From contig NC_087250.1 of assembly GCF_037042905.1 (NCBI RefSeq), positions 26,042,001 to 26,106,000 of the forward strand: 64,000 nt of DNA, in the 5' to 3' direction. This document shows positions 62,904 through 64,000 of this stretch, piece after piece. Both the position numbers and the translations under genes were made by a program. The stretch's first letter is position 1, and each line of letters starts with the position of its first letter. The notes below the pieces were generated by a model. It ran no database searches, had not been told where the DNA came from, and saw only the letters and a list, made by a program, of their open reading frames with translations. The stretch comes from Lytechinus pictus (taxonomy: Eukaryota).

Positions 62904-64000
62904 TTACTAGGTTTAAAGTGTAGTTTTTGCTCCAGACCGGGTGATTAAAAAAATTCTAAACTATTTAAGCCCCGCCATCTTCCACTACTAAGACTCTGTT
63001 ATGAAGAACGTGTATATAACGTATTCTCAATTCTCCAGACCCGTTTATTTAAACAAATTTTCAAGACCCCACAGTCTCATTCCTGTGAAAAAGATGGATA
63101 TAAAGCGTTGTGTTTTCTCCAGACCTTTGATTAAAAAACCTTCAGAATTAAGACCCAAGACTAATGGGGCGTTGCAAGAAATTTACGTTGCAATTGATTG
63201 CAAATCGACTGCAACTTTGCAGCCGATTCCGATCGACTGCAACTAGCAATCAATCGCCAATTTGCGTTGCAAGAAAAAGGCTTGCGATTGAACGCAAGTT
63301 GCAGCTGATCTGCAGACGATTTGCAGCTGTAAACAGGGTCTGCAGCACAAGACTAGCCGAAAAAGCAAAATAATGGCTTGCAACAATCCTGTTTGTGGAA
63401 GAGAGTAAGTAGAAAATATTCATTTTTCAGACAATTCTTTCTCCATTATGTATGTTTTTAGAGAATTTATATATTTTAGACCTATGCCAGTGAAAAAAAA
63501 TTATTTTGAAAAAAGTGAAACTGTATCTTTATCGCCGGTCGAAATTTCACCTTCAACAAATTTTCTACCGTACAATTTCAATCCCAGTCCCACACTTGAC
63601 TTTTTGTGTCGGTAATGCACGGTTGTATCAACAACACGGCAGGTCATTGCCGGTGCAGTGCTGTTAAAAATCACCCAGAAGCAAGTAAATGTGTAGGCTC
63701 TAATTATGTATGAAACATCGAAAATGACCTTCAAAGATTATTTTTGTGCCTATTTGAAATGATTTTTTAAGTTATATCGGTTTCAACGGAGAATAGCCAT
63801 CCAGTAAATAGAAATTAAAGACTTCCATTACAATTTACAGTCTAGACATTTCCACAAAAAAAAAATCCTCTCCATTTGTCTCTCTTTTTTTATGAGTCTG
63901 TCTAACGTTACCTCGAGCGAAGTTCGTGCAGGCCCTACTTCACTTCACTACCGCTACACTACGCTCCACCTACCCGAACTTCGAGACTGAACTCTATCTG

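Overview
AT-rich, repeat-dense animal genomic DNA. The repeat families and the TRIM gene type suggest an echinoderm, probably a sea urchin; this is inference. Two protein-coding genes are supported. One is a single-coding-exon TRIM-type RING/B-box/coiled-coil/beta-propeller gene (+, 39277-41217). The other is a convergent, 5'-incomplete SLC5A8/SMCT-like sodium:solute symporter (-; 12 phase-consistent exons, 45006-61972). Most of the rest is a nested mosaic of mobile DNA: a 6.2-kb Sola2-like transposon with a deleted spliced transposase, many MITEs, LINE fragments, tRNA-SINEs, Penelope-like fragments with hammerhead ribozymes, and two tandem duplications. The most notable observations are: (1) a two-copy SINE with a 7SL-RNA (Alu-like) head, a B box and a Deu-like body; (2) a (TA)n-associated element carrying a full tRNA cloverleaf with a UCA (opal) anticodon, split by a 3.7-kb foldback insertion; (3) a recurring 'hairpin + tail in (TA)n' architecture resembling Penelope-type integration; (4) a ~25-kb gene-free tract with many diverged modules that conserve only the palindrome RTAATCGATY; (5) an intron-containing tRNA-Tyr variant embedded in transposon repeats. 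All analysis was by eye; family names are provisional until searched.
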